Source: Somniosus microcephalus (taxonomy: Eukaryota). Taken from it: 64,000 nt of DNA. Positions 58,211 to 64,000 of this stretch are shown piece by piece; position 1 is the stretch's first letter, and each line of letters starts with the position of its first letter. Where the stretch lies: contig CM126214.1 of the NCBI GenBank assembly GCA_052327205.1, positions 140,554,001-140,618,000 on the forward strand, written 5' to 3'. A model generated the notes under the pieces. The model made no database searches. It saw nothing but the letters and a program-made list of their open reading frames with translations, and was not told the origin of the DNA. A program made the position numbers and the translations under genes.

Positions 58211-61200
58211 CATTACACTGCGCTGATAGCTTGGGGGAATCTCCATGCCTTCACTACCTTGCTTACAATTTTTATAAAAAGCAATATGCTTTTATTAATT
58301 GATTGGCTAATGATTTCTCCTGTCTGGAGACAGAAAGTCCTAACTTTATGCATCATTCGTCAATTGGAAACTGCTGAAGTGAGAATTTAGGAATTGAGAG
58401 GTCACTGCTCAACATCTTCCAGTTGTAATCAGTTTTATCCATATGCAAGATGTAGAGTCTGGTTTTCTTGCATTAACTCAGAACAATCAAATCAATCTAT
58501 AAATCCAGATCATGAAATCAAAAAAATTGCAGAGTCATCCAGTTTTAATTCTAAGATTTCCCTTTTTGGCTAAGCTAAACCTAAAGAAATGTCATGAGAA
58601 AGGTTAGTGTGTACTTATTTATTCTATGAACTGGAGCAGATGAAAAGGTTATCAATATTCTGTATTGTAGAAAATATTTAGCATTTCCAGGAAAAGCTAC
58701 AGCAGGAGCGCTGACATTAATCTCAGTGCTGATCCTCTCTATGAAAAGAAAGCAGGCAAAGAAAATCAATGTCCCCAACCAGAAAGATGAAGCTGTTTCA
58801 AGTGCTTTCTGATTCCTCTATGCCCACTTAATTTCCTGTCTCCTCAGGGCTATGATTAATCTCAACTGATATTGTGAAACCACTATTCATCTGAAGCATC
58901 AAGAAAGTAATTATTGTTTAATCGTTAAAACAGGCACAAACCAGATCAAAGAAATCACCAATAAGTAGCATGCATCTCTTTTACCTTGAAAGACAAATTG
59001 TCTCTTTATAACCAACTTGAGTGAAGGTCAATGAAAAACTTATCTTATCTTTACTTGACTAGAAAGTGTGGCATTATACAGGCATTATATTATACATCAT
59101 TGGATGATTTAGATTAAAGAAAAAGGCTTCATAGTCTCCTTTCAGAAAAGGATCTGTAGTGCATATTTTCTGTGGAAAAATAATTTATGTTTATAAAATG
59201 TTGCCTGCTTGCAAATTGACACAATTATTAGCATTTGTCATGGTAAGTCAGAGGATGTACTGTTTAACACAATAGGAGTGTTATACCAATCAATGCACAA
59301 CATAGATTAAAAGCGATTGATTTCCAATGGCATTATTTACAGCCAAAAAAGTTCACTCTCTTTTTGACCACACAATCTAAGCTGACAACCCACTACACTA
59401 CCGTGGGAACTCTGTCTTAGAGGTGTGGTCCTTCACAGGTCTCCTCTATCTGTTCTGGTGATTCTGTTGGGCATTAAAGATCTAACTGGAACCAATTGAA
59501 GAAGAGCAGAAAGTTCTCCTGATATCCTGATCTAGATTCTTCCCTCAACCAATACCAACAAAAAATATAGACTTACTGGGCCATTCATCTCACTGTGGTT
59601 TGTGGAGATTGCTGGAATGGAATGATGTCAACTTTGCCCACCTAAGAATTATTAACATCCAAAGTAATTCATTGTGTGTGAAGTGCTATGTATTTTCTCT
59701 TCTTCATGTATTCCAATGTCTCTCTGTCTCTCATACATGTTTCTTTACTGATATAGTCAATTTCTATGTTTTATCTTTGCTAAAGCCCAGGGCATGCAAC
59801 AAGTTGGTAGCCAACATGAAGTGGGTCAGAGTTGGCTTCTAGGATTAGATGGAAACAGGGTTGATGGGAGCTGTGGCAACATGCGCAGGTGAGAGATGAA
59901 TTGTGGTGTTAGTTTGAGGCCAAGAGAAAGAAGGAACCAGTTCCTTGGATTGCCATATGGGATATGGAGGCACCACAGGTCAGGAGGAAGCGGGAGGGCT
60001 AGAGCTCATGTAAGGGTTTGGAGCAAAGCAGGCAGTGTGGGGCTGGCAACTACTCGAGAGAGAGCTGTGTCCTGGTACCAATTGGGTTGGGGGAGTTATT
60101 GGAGACTGACACCAGTTGAGGGAGAACTGGGTTCTGTCAGCATTTGGGAAAATGGGCTGAGGTACAGCAGTATTGGGGTTGTGGTCTTGGAGCATTTGGA
60201 GAAGAGGATATGGGGTCTGGTAGCACTTCTGGAAAGCAAAGACCTGGCTGCACTCATGGGATGTGGAGTCCTGACAGAACTGAGAGATGGAGTGGAGATA
60301 GGGTTGGGTCTTTCAGTACTGTACAGGAGCCTAACCAACCTGGGAGAGGGAATTCTTGCCTGGAAGTACTGTGGAAGGAGGACTGGCAGTACTATCGGGT
60401 GGGAGAGGGAGTTTGGCAGACCTCAGTGAGGGAGCCTGAGCTGTATTCCCTCCTTCTACCCTTATGGCTGAGAGGGAGAGAGACTGAAAGAAATAACCTG
60501 GAACTGGCATACCTTGAGTTTACTTACTTCTGCAAGGAGATTTCAGAAATAAAATCATCTTCACAAACTCCCATCTCTCTCTCTCTTTCTCTCTCTCAAC
60601 AGACAATAAATGCAGCATATTAAGGTTTTTTGCTTTTCTAAATGTAAAATGATCTAATCTTGCATTTTATGTCTATATTGTTTTAATTCAAATTATACCT
60701 GTGAATACCGATTCCCTCTTGAATAAAAACACTTTCCATAAAATGGGTGACAACCTATTCAAAACATTTCTTTTTGATTACTGAATCCTATACACAGAAC
60801 ATTAAATATATATAAATACCACAGTTAATTAAGGCAAATTGTTGTGGAAGCAAAGCACTTGTCAGTATTTTTTAAAAAGTGTGGTAAAATATATTATGTT
60901 ATTTTGCTTGCTTTGTGCAGATTCCAGTAGTTAGTTTTGAATTTGTGGAATAGCATTAAAGATTGGTGGTTGCCAGGACAGTGCAGTGGCACATAGAGAT
61001 TGCAGGGCACAGCAGGCCTCTGACTTATATTTTTACACATGAGTAAAGCTTTTATTTCAGTGTTGTGAAAAGTCAGTGGTTGGGCCTGAAATAAGAGTAG
61101 TGCTGGATACCAATATAAACTAAAGTGCTTTGAAATCTTTTCCATGACATAGATAATTTCATTGTAATTATAAGAATGTGCATGAGAGACATTCTAAGCA

Positions 61201-62089
61201 CTTAAAATTGTTTTGCAAATGTCTAAATGATGCTGAATTCTTGAAGTGTGTTCATTTCTAAGGCTCTCACAAATGTAATTTATTGTTCCATTGTTGAGAC
61301 AAATGATCAATTATTTGCCCTGTTAGGAAATTATTTAATATCTTGAATACAAATTTTTCACTTTACACTTTCGCTTTAGCCATGTGAGCTCTTGCAATGG
61401 GTTGCAGTGAGAACCCAATCAGTTTTTCAGTACATGATATTAGTCTGTGCGTCTTCACATTTAGCATCATATACATTCAGGTTACTCACATTTAACTTTG
61501 GAAAGTCAATCTTGACTCCCACAGTTGCAACTATGTAGGGATACAGGATGCAATAGAATGGTAGATGGATACGCTCAAGTTAAATATTTCTATTTGTAAT
61601 CCTGAATGTATGATGCCAAATTTAGTCAGTTCATCTTCATGTCACATTTTGAAAAAATTGATTGGATCCGGCAGAACATCCCATTGTAAATTCTGCAAGG
61701 ATAAATACAAAGCATAAAGTGAGAGGGGGGAAATGCTAAAGTTTCAGTATAGCTCATCGCTCTCCAAATATATAAATTGTAGCCATTAGGAGAGGAGCAT
61801 CCAAAGGATCTCTCCTCAGAAGGAGAATTGCAATTGGAGGCCGACAGCATAAAGCTGGTACTGACTGGCTTGCCTGTCGGCTCCTTCTAAATTAATTCTA
61901 TATAATTGTGTATGTTTAGTGAAAGCGGAGAGATAATTGTATTGAAAACAAATCCTTTTCTTCTCATTTTGCACTCAGTGATAAATGAAATTAACTCTAT
62001 AGCTGGTTCTAAAGGTTCTGGCATTTATTTCCCCTCCCTTATTGCCTCCCAAGCCCCTGTTAAAGCATTGCTACATTACAGTGGTTCAA

Positions 62090-62447
62090 GGATGCTGAGG
62101 GAAGTGAAGGAAGCAATCACGGAGGTACTGGCCATAATCTTCCAATCCTCCTTAGAAACGGGGGTGGTGCGAGAGGACTGGAGAATTGCAAATGTTACAC
62201 CCTTGTTCAAAAAAGGTTGTAAAGATAAACCTAGCAACTATAGGCCGGTCAGTTTAACCTCAGTAGTGGGGAAGCTTTTAGAAACAATAATCAGGGACAA
62301 AATTAACAGTCACTTGGACAAGTGTGGATTAATTAAGGAAAGTCAGCACAGATTTGCTGAAGGCAAATCGTGTTTAACCAACTTGATCAAGTTTTTTGAT
62401 GAGGTAACAGAGAGGGTTGATGAGGGCAATGTGGTTGAAGTGGTGTA
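62090..62447 (+). repeat. CR1 ORF2 RT fragment interrupted by Gypsy G3
   Basis: DWRIANVTPLFKKG..NYRPVSLTS..GKSCLTNL..VVY ends exactly at the LTR start. Confidence 0.88.
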
Positions 62448-64000
62448 TGTAGTGATCAATAACATGTCATTCTGTGGTGGACACTAGATGGAGCAGTAGA
62501 GCTGTATAGAACTGTATGTATAAAACTACACTACCCAGCTGTATATATATTAAGACTACATTACCCATGAGGCTAGGCTACCCATAAGGCAACAGTCAAG
62601 ATGGCAGCCTGCACACAGGAGCACACATGCAGCATCTCTACAGATACTGTACCTAGAGAACGTGTACTGTATAAATGACTAGCTAGAAGCTAGCTGTGTT
62701 CATAATAAGAATGTCTATTTATTAATGAACATAACATGGTACCAGGGTGGTGAAGATCTGCTGAAAATTGTGAAAAGCGACATGGAGAATTTGAAGCCAC
62801 CAGAGCGTTTGAATCTCGAGGGAAATGTCGACTACAATTGGCGGATTTTTAAACAACAATTCGAACTCTACATTGCAGCCATCGGATTCGGTACGAAGCC
62901 AGACACAAGGAAGATAGCGTTGCTGCTTATGGTTGCAGGCCCACAGGCGATAGAGGTATTTAATACATTTGTATTTAATTCAGCAGAGAACAGAGAAAAA
63001 TTAGAAGATGTGCTAAAAAAATTTGATGCACATTGCTCTCCCAAAAAGAATGAGACGTATGAAAGATACATCTTCTGTTCTCGGACACAGCAACAAAATG
63101 AGACTTTTGTTAGCTTTATAACTGATCTGAAACTGAAAGCACAGACATGTAATTTCTCTGAGCTCAAAGCATCCATGATTCATGACCAGATTGTGTTTGG
63201 TATTCATGATAAAAAAGTCAGGGAACGTCTGTTGAGAGAAACCGAACTAACATTGGAAAATGCTGTGATAATATGCAAAGCCAGCGAGCTAGCTCAAAAT
63301 CACGCGAAAACTTTCAGTGAAATCAATAATGATGCGAATGTAATGAGTGATAATGCTGCTGTCGGTGCTGTGTCCTACAAGGGGAAGAAACGTGGGCAGA
63401 ACAGAAATGAAAAGCAATCGGAGGATGAAATTTTTAATTGTAAACCCTGTGGTTACAAACACCAGTTAAGCCAAACAATGCTTTTCAAAAGTTAAAACAA
63501 CGAAAGGGCAACAAGTTAATGTGATTGAGGACACTGATTTAAGTGAGACATTTTTTGTAGGAATGGTGTCATGTGACAATATCAAAAAAGATACAGAAAA
63601 TGTGCAGCTCTCAGAAATAGACAATGCTGAACATAAAGTTAATGCAGTAAAAGAGGACAAATGGATGACCCCACTGCAGATAAATGGAGCATTAGTTACA
63701 TTGAAACTGGACACTGGGGCAAAAGCAAACTTAATCAGTATGAGTGACATTAACAATATGAAAGAAAAGCCCAAAATACAGAAAAAGTCAGTACTACTGA
63801 AGGACTATAATGGACAGAAAATAGATAGCTTAGGTGTATGCAGACTTAAAGTGACAGTCAAAGACAAAGTGCATCATCTCATGTTTTCTGTTGTGGCTGA
63901 AAGGCTTGATTCATTACTAGGTGACAAAGCTTGTGAAGACTTAGAACTGGTCAAGAAAGTCTACCGTATAAACTGTGCCATAAGCAGACCAGATGACTCA
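62448..64000 (+). mobile_element. Gypsy (Mag-type) element G3, 5' part, runs off the window
   Basis: 5' LTR 62448-62736 (TG..CA), PBS TGGTACCAGG (tRNA-Leu UAA-like) at 62737, Gag from ATG 62782 (MENLKPP..W..FKQQFELY..RERLLRE), frameshift near 63470, protease LKLDTGAKAN at ~63700. Confidence 0.88.

Noticed and set aside
59896-60623. 177-aa and 159-aa ORFs
   Set aside because: Purine-rich, low-information sequence with no recognisable domain or splice structure; probably an unclassified old repeat.

Overview
Vertebrate, almost certainly cartilaginous-fish (shark) genomic DNA, judged from HE1-type V-SINE, SacSINE1-type Deu-SINE, CR1/HER1, L2, RTE and Penelope repeats. I found no convincing host-gene exon; the window is intronic or intergenic and dominated by transposable elements. 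It holds three two-gene PIF/Harbinger DNA transposons (H1 26477-31442, H2 36089-40298, H3 42940-56185), each with a HARBI1-like transposase convergent with a 3-exon Myb/SANT partner gene. There is also a deleted Harbinger, two older transposase relics and several Harbinger-type MITEs. Two full-length, inverted Mag-type Gypsy proviruses have LTRs, PBS, PPT and 5-bp TSDs, and the 5' part of a third runs off the window end. A full-length RTE LINE and many CR1/L2/SINE fragments fill the rest. Main points of interest: (1) H1 and H2 are related neighbours with reciprocal defects. H1 has an intact transposase and a Myb gene with a 1-bp frameshift. H2 has an in-frame deletion of the whole DDE domain and a Myb gene whose SINE insertion looks removable by splicing. 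(2) Their Myb partners show independent expansions of a 31-aa AGPS repeat and an 11-aa amphipathic repeat. (3) H3 contains a multi-level nest of insertions. (4) A ~260-nt G-U-biased, Y-shaped fold-back at 61712-61972 is not explained by any repeat I recognised. All analysis was by eye; family names come from recall, not database searches.
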